A stretch of 64,000 nucleotides of DNA from contig JAIRUQ010000122.1 of the NCBI GenBank assembly GCA_031254315.1, positions 7,817 through 71,816 on the forward strand, given 5' to 3'. The translations under genes were made by a program, and so were the position numbers. The notes beneath the pieces were generated by a model that made no database searches, was not told the origin of the DNA, and saw only the letters and a program-made list of their open reading frames with translations. Below, piece after piece: positions 1-9,448 of the stretch (position 1 is the stretch's first letter; each line of letters begins with the position of its first letter). The DNA is from Treponema sp. GTDB taxonomy: Bacteria; Spirochaetota; Spirochaetia; Treponematales; Breznakiellaceae.

Positions 1-766
1 CTTCTTTTTTGGGGTTTGTAATCTTCAAAATGAGCATATGCTCCGCAAGCCAGCCTTCATCGCGGGCAAGCGCGGAAGCGATACGAAGCGCGAGACATTT
101 CTTGCCAAGCAGGGCGTTTCCGCCGTAGCCTGAGCCATAAGACCAGATTTCATAAGTATCGGGGAAGTGGCTGATGTATTTCTTTTCGACATCAGGCTCA
201 CAAGGCCATTTTCCGTTGTCCGATTCGCCCGGATTAAGCGGCTTGGCGATTGAGTGAAGACACGGCACAAAGAAACCGTCTTTGCCAAGAACGTCCAAAA
301 CTTTCTTCCCGACTCTGGTCATAATGTGCATATTTATAACGACATAAGGCGAATCGGTGATTTCAACGCCGATTTTCGCTATATCTGAGCCGACAGGACC
401 CATTGAGAAGGGGATAACGTACATTGTACGCCCCTTCATACAGCCCTTGTAAAGACCGGACATTGTCTGTTTTAACTCAACCGGGTCTCTCCAGTTGTTG
501 GTAGGACCTGCGTCATCCTTGTTTTTGCTGGAAATAAAGGTACGGCTTTCCGCCCTTGCCACATCCGAGGGGTCTGAACGGAACAGATAGCTGTTCGGTC
601 TCTTTTTAAGAGGCGTCGCAAGCCCCGCGCTTACCAGAATTTTCAACATTCTGTCGTATTCGCCCTTGCTTCCGTCGCAAATTTCAACAGAATCCGGTGT
701 CATAAGGGCAACATTATCTTCTACCCATTTCTTTAATCCCGCGTGTTTTAGTTCGTTTACTTTCAT
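1..766 (-). CDS. pckG: Phosphoenolpyruvate carboxykinase (GTP), 5' part; runs off the left edge
   Basis: Not in the ORF track. Manual translation from ATG at 766 (AAAGGAG upstream) gives [15 protein letters not shown]...[16 protein letters not shown]...GPTNNW...[17 protein letters not shown]...[17 protein letters not shown], all PEPCK-GTP signatures. Confidence 0.95.
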   Translation of the reverse strand, partial: MKVNELKHAGLKKWVEDNVALMTPDSVEICDGSKGEYDRMLKILVSAGLATPLKKRPNSYLFRSDPSDVARAESRTFISSKNKDDAGPTNNWRDPVELKQTMSGLYKGCMKGRTMYVIPFSMGPVGSDIAKIGVEITDSPYVVINMHIMTRVGKKVLDVLGKDGFFVPCLHSIAKPLNPGESDNGKWPCEPDVEKKYISHFPDTYEIWSYGSGYGGNALLGKKCLALRIASALARDEGWLAEHMLILKITNPKKE

Positions 767-835
767 ATTAACTCCTTTCGTTAATTCTCTGTATTTGATG
801 TACTTTATACACGAAAAACACACGTTGATCAAGGG

Positions 836-947
836 TCTACGGCGCGCTACTCAGGCTAAGGTTCTTTCGCGCCCTTTTCCCCTCTTTATCTCCGTGTTCT
901 CCGTGTCTAGGGCGCGCTACTCAGGCTAAAGCCTTCGCGCCTTTTCC
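836..947. repeat. Direct repeat GGCGCGCTACTCAGGCTAA (x2) with a CTCCGTG unit between the copies
   Basis: Identical 19-mer at 841-859 and 911-929, each followed by ..TTCGCGCC(C)TTTTCC; CTCCGTGTTCTCCGTG lies at about 890-905. Confidence 0.8.
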
Positions 948-1090
948 ATCCGGGTTACATTTATTTAGCGCCACGCCGTGCTGACTTATTTCATAGATAC
1001 CGCTTGACGCGGTGCATGCTTGGGCGTGTGGTTATTCTTCTTGGATATTGTGGCTATTCCAAAAGCCATGAAAATATCGTATTATTAAGT

Positions 1091-2194
1091 ATGGATGATA
1101 GAAAAAAGCGGATAGACGACCTTACAAAAAACAATCAGGAAAGCCGCGCTTCCCTCGGCACGCTTTTGGAGAACTTTGGGGAAACCCTGTATTCCCGCAC
1201 AAAGGAAATTAAGGCTGATTTTGAGGATATTAATCAATACAATAACTATTTAAGGGATATTGCTGAATCTGATATTTCTATAGGTAAAATAGAAGAAAAA
1301 AACCGCCGTTTTCTGGAACTTGAAGAGGCAATTAACGCCATGGAAAGCGAAGAAAGAGAGCGATCAAGGGAAATGGACGCTCTTTACCGAAAGCTTGGCA
1401 AGGCGCTCCTTGAAAACAACGCCTATGACGATTATACGTCGCTTTTTAAGGAGCAGGCGGACGCCTTAAAAGACAAGTTGGGTTCGCTGGAGACCCGTAT
1501 TGGCGAGTTGGATAACAAGAGCGGAAGCAATGTCTTTTCTTGGATTGGAAAAAGCGCTCAGGGGCTTGTGCTAAAATCTTTTCTTTCTAAAGCGCAGGAA
1601 AATCAAGAACAGCTTTATTTGAACATCGGTGAACGTTACAGCACTCGCGAATCTGTAAACGAAGAAGACGATGTCGCCGCGATACGCACAGAAATTGACG
1701 CTCTGCGCACCGTTTCCCGCGCCGCGGAAGATGAGATTTCAAAATTAAAAGATGAAAGGCGAATTATTTCCGCTTCTTTTGGAATCGAAGGCAATCCGCA
1801 AAAACAAATTCAATCAATTAAAATTAAAATAGCCCAGATAAAAGACAGTATTAACGCCCTGTGCAGAAAGTTCGGCTCACAAGCATCCGGTATTGATGAG
1901 GATATAACGCCCGACCGTAAATATTTTATCGACACAATTGTTACTGCCGAAGACGGGGAAGTTATTGGAAGGGCAGTCAGGCTTAACCAGTCGATTATCG
2001 ACAACGAAAAGGCGATAGTTCAGCTTGGAGCGTCCATCGCCATTGATGAAGAAAAAGCAAAGATTGAAAAATATCAAAGGTCGATAGAAGAGAAAAAAGC
2101 GCGGATTGTTGAAATGGAGAACACGATAGCTTCTCTTGAAAGAAACATCAGCGACAGTGAAGGATATATCAAGGAATTTGAAAAACAACTTTAA
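1091..2194 (+). CDS. Coiled-coil hypothetical protein
   Basis: Long ORF, E/K/L heptad-rich; ATG at 1091 preferred over TTG at 1004. Confidence 0.8.
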   Translation: MDDRKKRIDDLTKNNQESRASLGTLLENFGETLYSRTKEIKADFEDINQYNNYLRDIAESDISIGKIEEKNRRFLELEEAINAMESEERERSREMDALYRKLGKALLENNAYDDYTSLFKEQADALKDKLGSLETRIGELDNKSGSNVFSWIGKSAQGLVLKSFLSKAQENQEQLYLNIGERYSTRESVNEEDDVAAIRTEIDALRTVSRAAEDEISKLKDERRIISASFGIEGNPQKQIQSIKIKIAQIKDSINALCRKFGSQASGIDEDITPDRKYFIDTIVTAEDGEVIGRAVRLNQSIIDNEKAIVQLGASIAIDEEKAKIEKYQRSIEEKKARIVEMENTIASLERNISDSEGYIKEFEKQL

Positions 2195-2223
2195 CGTTAG
2201 AAAAATTAAGGAGTAGCGGTTTT

Positions 2224-4215
2224 ATGCCGGTAAAAAAGACAACAAAAAAACCAGCCGCGAAAAAAACCACAGCGAAAGCAAAACCAAAAGCGGGAAAGTC
2301 AGCTCCCAAAAAAGCTCCGGTAAAAGCGGCGGCGAAACCCGCCGCAAAAGCCGCTCCCGCAAAATCTACGGCTGGCAAGACCCCCGTTTATGACGAATCA
2401 AAAATAAAGACGCTCTCTTCGCTTGAACATATCAGGCTGAGGACAGGAATGTACATCGGCAGGTTGGGAGACGGCTCCAATCCCGACGACGGAATTTATG
2501 TTTTATTAAAAGAAGTAATAGACAACGGTATTGATGAGTTTATCATGGGTAACGGAAAACTTATTGAGACGGTAGTCAAAGATATTGATAAACCCGGAAA
2601 AGCCCTTGTAAAAGTGCGCGACTACGGACGGGGCATCCCCCTTGGGAAACTGGTTGAGTGCGTTTCGGTAATAAATACCGGAGCAAAGTACAATGACGAT
2701 GTGTTTCAGTTTTCTGTAGGACTTAACGGAGTGGGAACAAAAGCCGTAAATGCGCTTTCCGTCCATTTTAGGGTAGTCGCGATAAGGAACGGAGAATTTG
2801 CCGAGGCGATCTTCGAGCGGGGCACTCTTAAAAGCCAGCGCAAGGGCAAATTAAAAGAAAAAATTAAAGACGGGACGATGGTTGAATTTATCCCCGACCC
2901 GGAAATATTTAAAGATTATTTATTTAACGCTGAGTTTGTAGAAAAGCGCGTTCAAAATTACGCCTACCTTAACGCGGGTCTTACTTTAAGTTTTAACGGG
3001 AAAAAGTTTGTATCGTCACGCGGGTTGTTCGATCTGCTGGAAGAAGAGACAGGCGATGACAGTCTTTATTCGCTTGGCTACTATCGCGGCAAACATTCAC
3101 CTAACGGACAGATTGAAATTGCCTTTACCCACACAAACAACTACGGCGAAGAATATTTTTCGTTTGTAAACGGGCAGTACACTTCTGACGGAGGAACGCA
3201 CCTTTCCGCTTTTAAGGAAGGATTTTTAAAAGGAATTCAAACCTTTTATAAAAAAGACTACCGCTCCGAAGATGTGCGTGAGGGGACAACCGCGGCAATA
3301 GCGATAAAACTGAAAAATCCCGTTTTTGAAAGCCAGACCAAAAACAAGCTCGGCAACTCCGACATCCGCGCGTGGGTTGTGCAGGAAGTACGCAACGCCG
3401 TAGAAGACTGGCTCCATAAAAATCCCGAAGCAAGCAAAAAACTCGAACATAAGGTAATGGCTAACGAGTCTTTGCGTACAGAGCTTAACGCCGTCAAAAA
3501 GGAAGCGCGCGAGGCGGCGAAAAAAATCGCCCTTAAAATCCCCAAGTTAAAAGACTGCAAATACCACCTTGAAGACGGCGACGACGGGGAAGAATCAACA
3601 ATCTTTATTACAGAGGGCGATTCGGCGGCAGGCTCGATTGTTTCCAGCAGAGATGTAATGACGCAGGCAATTTTCGCTCTTCGCGGAAAAGTAGAAAATG
3701 TGTACGGCAAAAAGCGCACTTCAATTTACAAAAACGAAGAGCTTTTCAACATGATGATGGCTTTAGGCATAGACAACGACATTGACGGGCTTCGCTACGC
3801 GAAAATTGTAATCGCCACAGATGCGGACTTTGACGGCTTTCACATCCGCAACCTGCTTTTAACCTTCTTCCTCTCCTATTTTGAAGAACTGATAACAGCC
3901 GGTCATGTTTACATTTTAGAAACCCCGCTTTTCCGTGTCCGCACAAAGAAAGAGACCCGCTACTGTTACACGGAAAAAGAGCGCGACATAGCCGCCGCCG
4001 CCCTTGGCTCCCAGAGCGAGATGACCCGCTTCAAGGGATTGGGCGAAATCAGTCCCAAGGAATTTGGGCAGTTTATCGGCGAGGATATCCGCCTTGTTCC
4101 CGTCTCTGTCAGTACCCTAAAGACTGTCCCGCAGGTGCTCAATTTCTACATGGGTAAAAACACCCCCGAAAGACGCGATTATATCATGAAGAATTTGATA
4201 GAAGACGCGGGTTAA
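2224..4215 (+). CDS. parE: DNA topoisomerase IV subunit B (GyrB family) with Lys/Ala-rich N-terminal extension
   Basis: EHIRLRTGMYIG, EVIDNGIDE, DYGRGIP, GLNGVG, TEGDSA, TDADFDGFHI, RFKGLGE motifs; short length and parC-like partner; AAGGAG RBS. Confidence 0.9.
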   Translation: MPVKKTTKKPAAKKTTAKAKPKAGKSAPKKAPVKAAAKPAAKAAPAKSTAGKTPVYDESKIKTLSSLEHIRLRTGMYIGRLGDGSNPDDGIYVLLKEVIDNGIDEFIMGNGKLIETVVKDIDKPGKALVKVRDYGRGIPLGKLVECVSVINTGAKYNDDVFQFSVGLNGVGTKAVNALSVHFRVVAIRNGEFAEAIFERGTLKSQRKGKLKEKIKDGTMVEFIPDPEIFKDYLFNAEFVEKRVQNYAYLNAGLTLSFNGKKFVSSRGLFDLLEEETGDDSLYSLGYYRGKHSPNGQIEIAFTHTNNYGEEYFSFVNGQYTSDGGTHLSAFKEGFLKGIQTFYKKDYRSEDVREGTTAAIAIKLKNPVFESQTKNKLGNSDIRAWVVQEVRNAVEDWLHKNPEASKKLEHKVMANESLRTELNAVKKEAREAAKKIALKIPKLKDCKYHLEDGDDGEESTIFITEGDSAAGSIVSSRDVMTQAIFALRGKVENVYGKKRTSIYKNEELFNMMMALGIDNDIDGLRYAKIVIATDADFDGFHIRNLLLTFFLSYFEELITAGHVYILETPLFRVRTKKETRYCYTEKERDIAAAALGSQSEMTRFKGLGEISPKEFGQFIGEDIRLVPVSVSTLKTVPQVLNFYMGKNTPERRDYIMKNLIEDAG

Positions 4216-4287
4216 AACGCATTAAATAGCATATATTATGGAAAATTGCCGATAATTATACTATAATAGATAGCAAGATAAGAAATT

Positions 4288-5331
4288 ATGAAGAAATTAT
4301 TAGTTTTTCTGCTTTTTTTTGTATTAACAGTCTCATCTTTCGCAGACGAGCCGCCAAACGACTATCTATATATAGAAGGAAATGCGATCAAGGCAGATCA
4401 GCTTGAGTTTTTTAAAACGAACTTTGGCATTGAGGCAGTCGGAGCCGGTTACATAGTAGCCGAAACAAGAGCGCAAGCCGCCTATACTTTCAGATTTAAC
4501 ATTGTTCTGAATATGGTTACTGACGATAATGGCGTTTCACGTCCTGCCCAGCCGGGGGAAAGCCAATATGCCATGCGTATAAGCCTTATAGATAACACGG
4601 CTCAGGAAGAACTCCTCTTTTTCTTCTTTTATTTTACGGAACTGGAAGAGGCTTATGAATACACCCAATTCCTGTTCCAAAGAGCTACACTTTACATCCC
4701 CCCATCTTCCAGAACCGGAGGAATTTTGGCGATAGACACAAGCTGGCAGAATAAATGGCTATATTTGCGCCTGTCTTTTGATTACCCGATAAAAGCCTAT
4801 ATGTTACAGCCTACAGGATTAGTTGGCGGACAAGCGGTTTATGAGGGACCTTTTGATAACCCGGGGGATTTAACGCCGCTCGATAATATAATTTTACCGC
4901 AGTTGGGATTAACGGCTGGCATCGAAGTTCAGTTTTTAAATTTTATGAGTATTGAGTTGAACTTTCAGGCAACCAGAGGCGATCCGATAGAAAGTAATTT
5001 TATTAATATGGCGGCAGGCGCGGAATTAAAGTTTAATATAAAAACCCAATATATTATGATTCAGCCCTATGCGGCTTTTGTATATCCTCTAATCCAATCG
5101 TCCTCATTCAGCGAAACTCCTCTGTTTTTGTTAGGCGGCGGCGTTGAAGTCAGCGTAAGGGGAGGCAAATTAGGAGCCTTTTTTGTAAACGTTAACTATA
5201 TGTTTACCCTTACCGATTCTGTACTATATAACACTTATGGTCCTCTTGCCCCAGAACCTCCTGTAATTCACTATCAACATTTTGTTATTGGTCTTGGTAT
5301 CGGATATAAGTTCGGATTTTTTAACCGTTAA
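4288..5331 (+). CDS. Putative outer-membrane protein: N-terminal periplasmic domain plus small C-terminal beta-barrel (paralog family)
   Basis: Signal peptide, alternating amphipathic strands, C-terminus GLGIGYKFGFFNR; clearly similar to 24211-25248. Confidence 0.75.
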   Translation: MKKLLVFLLFFVLTVSSFADEPPNDYLYIEGNAIKADQLEFFKTNFGIEAVGAGYIVAETRAQAAYTFRFNIVLNMVTDDNGVSRPAQPGESQYAMRISLIDNTAQEELLFFFFYFTELEEAYEYTQFLFQRATLYIPPSSRTGGILAIDTSWQNKWLYLRLSFDYPIKAYMLQPTGLVGGQAVYEGPFDNPGDLTPLDNIILPQLGLTAGIEVQFLNFMSIELNFQATRGDPIESNFINMAAGAELKFNIKTQYIMIQPYAAFVYPLIQSSSFSETPLFLLGGGVEVSVRGGKLGAFFVNVNYMFTLTDSVLYNTYGPLAPEPPVIHYQHFVIGLGIGYKFGFFNR

Positions 5332-5364
5332 AAAGACTTGATTGGGAGCAATAATCCTAAAAAG

Positions 5365-5613
5365 AACTCACAAAGTACAAAGATGTGTCTGTAATTGCGC
5401 GCCTACATGCTGTTTTTGCTTTTATAATAAGTTGTTGGGAACTTCAGTTTCTGAACAAACTTCCACATAAAATGAGAGAACCAATGCAACCTAAGCTCAA
5501 AGTTCCCACAAGTCAAATGAAGGTATACCCGACCGTACGCTAGCGGGCAACCCATACAACCCTAAGTTGAAGGATAACTTAAACTCTTATGTCTTTGTGC
5601 TTCCATGTGAGTT
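5365..5613. repeat. Nested inverted-repeat element
   Basis: Outer arms AACTCACAAAGTACAAAGA / TCTTTGTGCTTCCATGTGAGTT; inner arms TTGTTGGGAACTT (5432-5444) / AAGTTCCCACAA (5500-5511). Confidence 0.6.
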
Positions 5614-5645
5614 TTGGAAAGAATATTTAACAAACCTGCACACAC

Positions 5646-5723
5646 AAAAAAACCTGCCGGCTCCCCAAGCCGGGGAACCTGACAGGTTTCTGAACAATCC
5701 CAGCGCCTACCGGCGCCGGGGAT
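5646..5723 (-). terminator. Twin hairpins / intrinsic terminator after the lipoprotein operon
   Basis: GC-rich stem 5653-5686 with an A-run at 5646-5652 (U-tract on minus strand); second stem 5697-5723. Confidence 0.7.
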
Positions 5724-5734
5724 GCTTTAATTAA

Positions 5735-7021
5735 TTATGGCATGGCTGAGGGTGTAACCGTGATTGTAACAGTCTTGGTGTACTGTTTACCGCCGGTTAC
5801 TGTAACCCTTAATGTAAATACATGATCTCCTGCTATTGAGTATTCATCATTATCGTCATTGAAGATAAATGTGGCTGTACCGTCTCCGACATCAACGCCT
5901 TTGTATAACCATTCGATGCTTGTATAAGTAATCGCGCCCAGGTTAACACTGAGTGATAATTCTTCAGCCCCCAAGACATCTTCTTGACTGATAGTAGCTG
6001 TGCCTGTCACCGTGATAGTAGAAATAATATCACCCGGCATAGTAAATGTTAAAGTAATTTCCAAGTCAGGTTCCGGCGGGGAGGCTGTCCATTGAGCATA
6101 CAAGGCAAAGTCGTTGTATATTTTGGTACTGTTAGGGAATGTCCATAGAGTACCACCGCTTGGAGCTGTAAACCAGCCATCAAATGTAGCGCCGGGGTCA
6201 CCGAAGTTTGTTCCTGGGTTCGGAGCAACAGTTATAGTGCCAAGGTGTGCTACAGTAGCTGTAGTAGAGGGGGTTGCCCTACCATCTTGATAGTAGTATG
6301 TTACAGTGTATTCATTTTTGTTACATTTCGGAATAGTATAGGTATAGTTTGCCGTCATGCCCTGAAAAATATAGAGTACTTCTGTTACTATCCTGTCCTG
6401 ACATCCGGCTTTTGTAAGTTTTACAGTTACCTCATGCATACCTGAAGCAATAGAATTACCGGCTGTGTTGATATTCCCACCTGTAAGCAAGGAAATAGGG
6501 GCTCCTGCGCCTATTTGTATTGTTGCTGTATCAGGCACGTCAGCTCCGGTCGGGAGAGTGATATTCCATGTAAATAAACCTGTTCCGCCACTCTCAATTA
6601 CTGCCAGAGGAATAGTTATAGAAGAGCTGGGAGACTCATGTGTTACAGCAGGATCTGTTCCTGTTGCCGCGACTATAGCGCCTATGAGAGCATCTACCGT
6701 AATTGAATAGTCTCCTTCAGGCACATCTGTTAAGGTTGCCACATTTGAAGTAAATGCTACTACTCTTGGATAGTTATCCGGATCATCAGTGCCGCTGATC
6801 CCTGTAATTGTTACCCGGTAGCTAGTAAAAGCATTTCCTGCCGCTGTAGGTATAATTGTCCGTGGCGCTTCAATAGATATTGTAATACCCTCTTTTAATA
6901 CAGAACCTTTTCCCGTCAGACCGGACAGATCAAATGGTCCGGAGCAGTTTGTTACCAATAATGCTGTTGAAAGCACTACTGCCGCTACTACGGCGAATAC
7001 GCCGTGAATTCTTGTCTTCAT
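5735..7021 (-). CDS. Surface lipoprotein with Ig-like domains and an InlB B-repeat (Listeria/Bacteroides repeat)-like domain
   Basis: GGAGG RBS before ATG 7021; signal ending LLVTN-C; YTVTY...PGATFDGWFTAPSGGT.W.F...LYAQWT motif; Thr-rich beta strands. Confidence 0.8.
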   Translation of the reverse strand: MKTRIHGVFAVVAAVVLSTALLVTNCSGPFDLSGLTGKGSVLKEGITISIEAPRTIIPTAAGNAFTSYRVTITGISGTDDPDNYPRVVAFTSNVATLTDVPEGDYSITVDALIGAIVAATGTDPAVTHESPSSSITIPLAVIESGGTGLFTWNITLPTGADVPDTATIQIGAGAPISLLTGGNINTAGNSIASGMHEVTVKLTKAGCQDRIVTEVLYIFQGMTANYTYTIPKCNKNEYTVTYYYQDGRATPSTTATVAHLGTITVAPNPGTNFGDPGATFDGWFTAPSGGTLWTFPNSTKIYNDFALYAQWTASPPEPDLEITLTFTMPGDIISTITVTGTATISQEDVLGAEELSLSVNLGAITYTSIEWLYKGVDVGDGTATFIFNDDNDEYSIAGDHVFTLRVTVTGGKQYTKTVTITVTPSAMP

Positions 7022-7066
7022 CTTTGCCTCCTTATTGGCTTCTATTTTCATTTTTCTACGCTCCTG

Positions 7067-8131
7067 TTAATTAACTGTTACATAAATATTTCCTGAATAT
7101 TTATGGTCATTTGAGTTTAATATTACTTCTACAGTAATAATATACACCCCTTTTGCCCAATATTCTTCATCATCAAAGAAATTAGCTTTTAAGTCAAGAG
7201 AACCTCCTGTTGATATTTGTGAATTATTGTACTTCCATACGACGGGGTTGTTGTTAAAATTGCTTGAATAACTTGTAATATTTATTATAGGTATGGTGCC
7301 ACTATTATTGATAAGGTCGGTCTGTAATACTGTTATTGTATTTGGGGTTAATGTAGGCGTACCGTTAATAATATCAAATGTAACTCTAACCACAAGACCG
7401 TCACCGGGGGCTTGCCCGTTAATATTTACCCTTAAAACTTTAAAAAGGGCTACATCAAAAGCACCGTCGAAATCAACAAAAATATAGTCTGTTTCGGTAC
7501 CCTCCCCCTGTAACCGGATTATATTACCGCTTATAGGCGTGACTGGAACGGTTGTGCCCGCAGGAATAACAGGAGACCTGTAAATATCGGTAGTATTTAC
7601 ATCAATAAGGGGGGAAAGGTCAAGGAAATGGATTGCGGTTGGGGAAGGAATGGTTATTCCATTGGCTCCTGCCGTTATTTTAGTACCTGTATCAACTGGC
7701 AGATTGGCTAAACTTGTATCATGTCTGGTCATTTGACCTGTCAACGGAGAAGCGGAATGTACTATATAGGTACTATTGTTATCAAGCCCGCTTATCAACC
7801 CATCGGTTACCCTGCCAATGTTCCCCGGATTATTACTTAAGCTACCATCAGATGTAACAAATCTGGTAGAAATCTGGTTTTCATCTTCATCAAGCTCTTC
7901 TACATAGTAGTATTTATGCGGGTTTAACCCGGTGATTCTCTTGTTGCCAACCCTTAGAGAGTCGCCGGTTCTATCAACCAAACCGACCCTGTCCCTTTCA
8001 ATTTTTTCTTGTACTTTATCGTCTTTAAAGAATTTCTTCTTGTCAATCGGGTCTATACAAGAGCTAAAAAACAGAGCGATCGCAATGCCCCAAACAGAGA
8101 AAAATATAATTTTTTGAGCAAAATTCCTCAC
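7067..8131 (-). CDS. Surface lipoprotein with C-terminal Ig-like domain
   Basis: GTG start at 8131 gives MRNFAQKIIFFSVWGIAIALFFSS-C lipobox; the longer track ORF overlaps the divergent gene. Confidence 0.75.
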   Translation of the reverse strand: MRNFAQKIIFFSVWGIAIALFFSSCIDPIDKKKFFKDDKVQEKIERDRVGLVDRTGDSLRVGNKRITGLNPHKYYYVEELDEDENQISTRFVTSDGSLSNNPGNIGRVTDGLISGLDNNSTYIVHSASPLTGQMTRHDTSLANLPVDTGTKITAGANGITIPSPTAIHFLDLSPLIDVNTTDIYRSPVIPAGTTVPVTPISGNIIRLQGEGTETDYIFVDFDGAFDVALFKVLRVNINGQAPGDGLVVRVTFDIINGTPTLTPNTITVLQTDLINNSGTIPIINITSYSSNFNNNPVVWKYNNSQISTGGSLDLKANFFDDEEYWAKGVYIITVEVILNSNDHKYSGNIYVTVN

Positions 8132-8224
8132 TATTTTTAGTATGGTACATTTTTTTATAAAATTCAAGAAATGAGCAAAAAAAACGTTGATTTTGAGTAG
8201 TTTTTTACTATAGTATTGTCTTAT

Positions 8225-9382
8225 ATGAAAAGATACACCTTTTTTGTCCTGCTTTTTTTTGCCTGTTTTTCTCTTTTTGCCCAAAATTACCGGCTTGCCA
8301 GGTTTTTTATCCCCCCTGTTACCGGGGGCGGGGAACCGTGCGAAAAAGTGTTCTTTTCTCAAAAATTGGCAAACGCAACGGATAACCTCGGCTATGAAGT
8401 TATCAACTCGCGGTTTAGTTGCGAGTATATCCTTAGGGGCTATATTATGTCTCTTGACGAGTTCCTTTTATTAAAAGACGAGCTGTTTGAAGCGGAAACG
8501 GCAGTTTCTTCAAACCCTGTGCCCGCCCAAACCGAGCCTCCCCTCAGAAACAACACAAACAGCCGCGATTTTTTTTCATGGGAAATTGATGACTCAGTTC
8601 ATTTTTACGATTCAACAGGAGAAGGGAATTACCTCCCGCTTTCAAACTGGAGCCCCGAATCCGAGGAAGCATGGCGGGCATTAAGCGCGATTAAGCAGGG
8701 TAATGTCTTTTTTCTTGAATTAATACACAAAGTAAGGAATGAAGTTCTTTCTATAGGATTTTTTGTCTATCAGTCCACCTGCGCGGTCGCTGAAAACAAT
8801 CTGTCCTTAATGGTACAGGAAATGATTTCCGGTCTTCCAAAAATTGCGGAAGTTGACAACGACAGATGGCTGTTTTTTGAAGCAAGCGCCATGTGGGTTC
8901 CCCGTATCTATTCCAACGAAGGCAGTTCGGCAAATTTGAATAACTACGGTTTTAGGCTTTCCGTAGAAGTTCATTTTTTAGACTTTATGTCCGTTGGCGC
9001 TGGAGCGCAAATAAATCAGGACTTAATTACAGTTTCCGGCACAAATGAAGAATACCGTGATTTGCTTTTAGAAGTTCCATTATCGTTAAAATTGGTATTT
9101 AAGCCTACAAATTATTTTAGACTTGAACCCTATGGCGGCATTTCATATAATTATTCTCTTTTGGGAATAACCTCTCCTTCTTCTATGTCATGGTTTGCCG
9201 GGTTACAATTTGGCATAAAAGTAGGGTTTGGTATGCTGGTTATTGACCCGCGGTATTCTTCTGATTTTGAGAATTCCAGCCTTAGCGGAGTGGACATTGG
9301 CTATCAAAGGAATTGTATCTATCTTGGCGTTGGGTATAAAATCGGACTTATCCCTAAAAGCCCTAGAAGACTGGAATATTAA
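8225..9382 (+). CDS. Putative outer-membrane beta-barrel protein (paralog family)
   Basis: Signal peptide SLFA-Q; C-terminal strands ...LEPYGGISY...YLGVGYKIG; similar to 9449-10588. Confidence 0.75.
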   Translation: MKRYTFFVLLFFACFSLFAQNYRLARFFIPPVTGGGEPCEKVFFSQKLANATDNLGYEVINSRFSCEYILRGYIMSLDEFLLLKDELFEAETAVSSNPVPAQTEPPLRNNTNSRDFFSWEIDDSVHFYDSTGEGNYLPLSNWSPESEEAWRALSAIKQGNVFFLELIHKVRNEVLSIGFFVYQSTCAVAENNLSLMVQEMISGLPKIAEVDNDRWLFFEASAMWVPRIYSNEGSSANLNNYGFRLSVEVHFLDFMSVGAGAQINQDLITVSGTNEEYRDLLLEVPLSLKLVFKPTNYFRLEPYGGISYNYSLLGITSPSSMSWFAGLQFGIKVGFGMLVIDPRYSSDFENSSLSGVDIGYQRNCIYLGVGYKIGLIPKSPRRLEY

Positions 9383-9448
9383 GATTGTTATATGCTATTG
9401 GCGGTTTTGGCAGTGGAATTATTCTTAATTAACAGCTAAACTACTAGT

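Noticed and set aside
5540-5570. CATACAACCCTAAGTTG resembling the attC-like end at 15789-15807
   Set aside because: Only a short match, with no RYYYAAC partner or cassette ORF; too weak to call.
8132-8362. Long N-terminal extension of the 7067-8362 track ORF
   Set aside because: Overlaps the divergent gene and promoter; GTG 8131 gives a proper lipoprotein signal.
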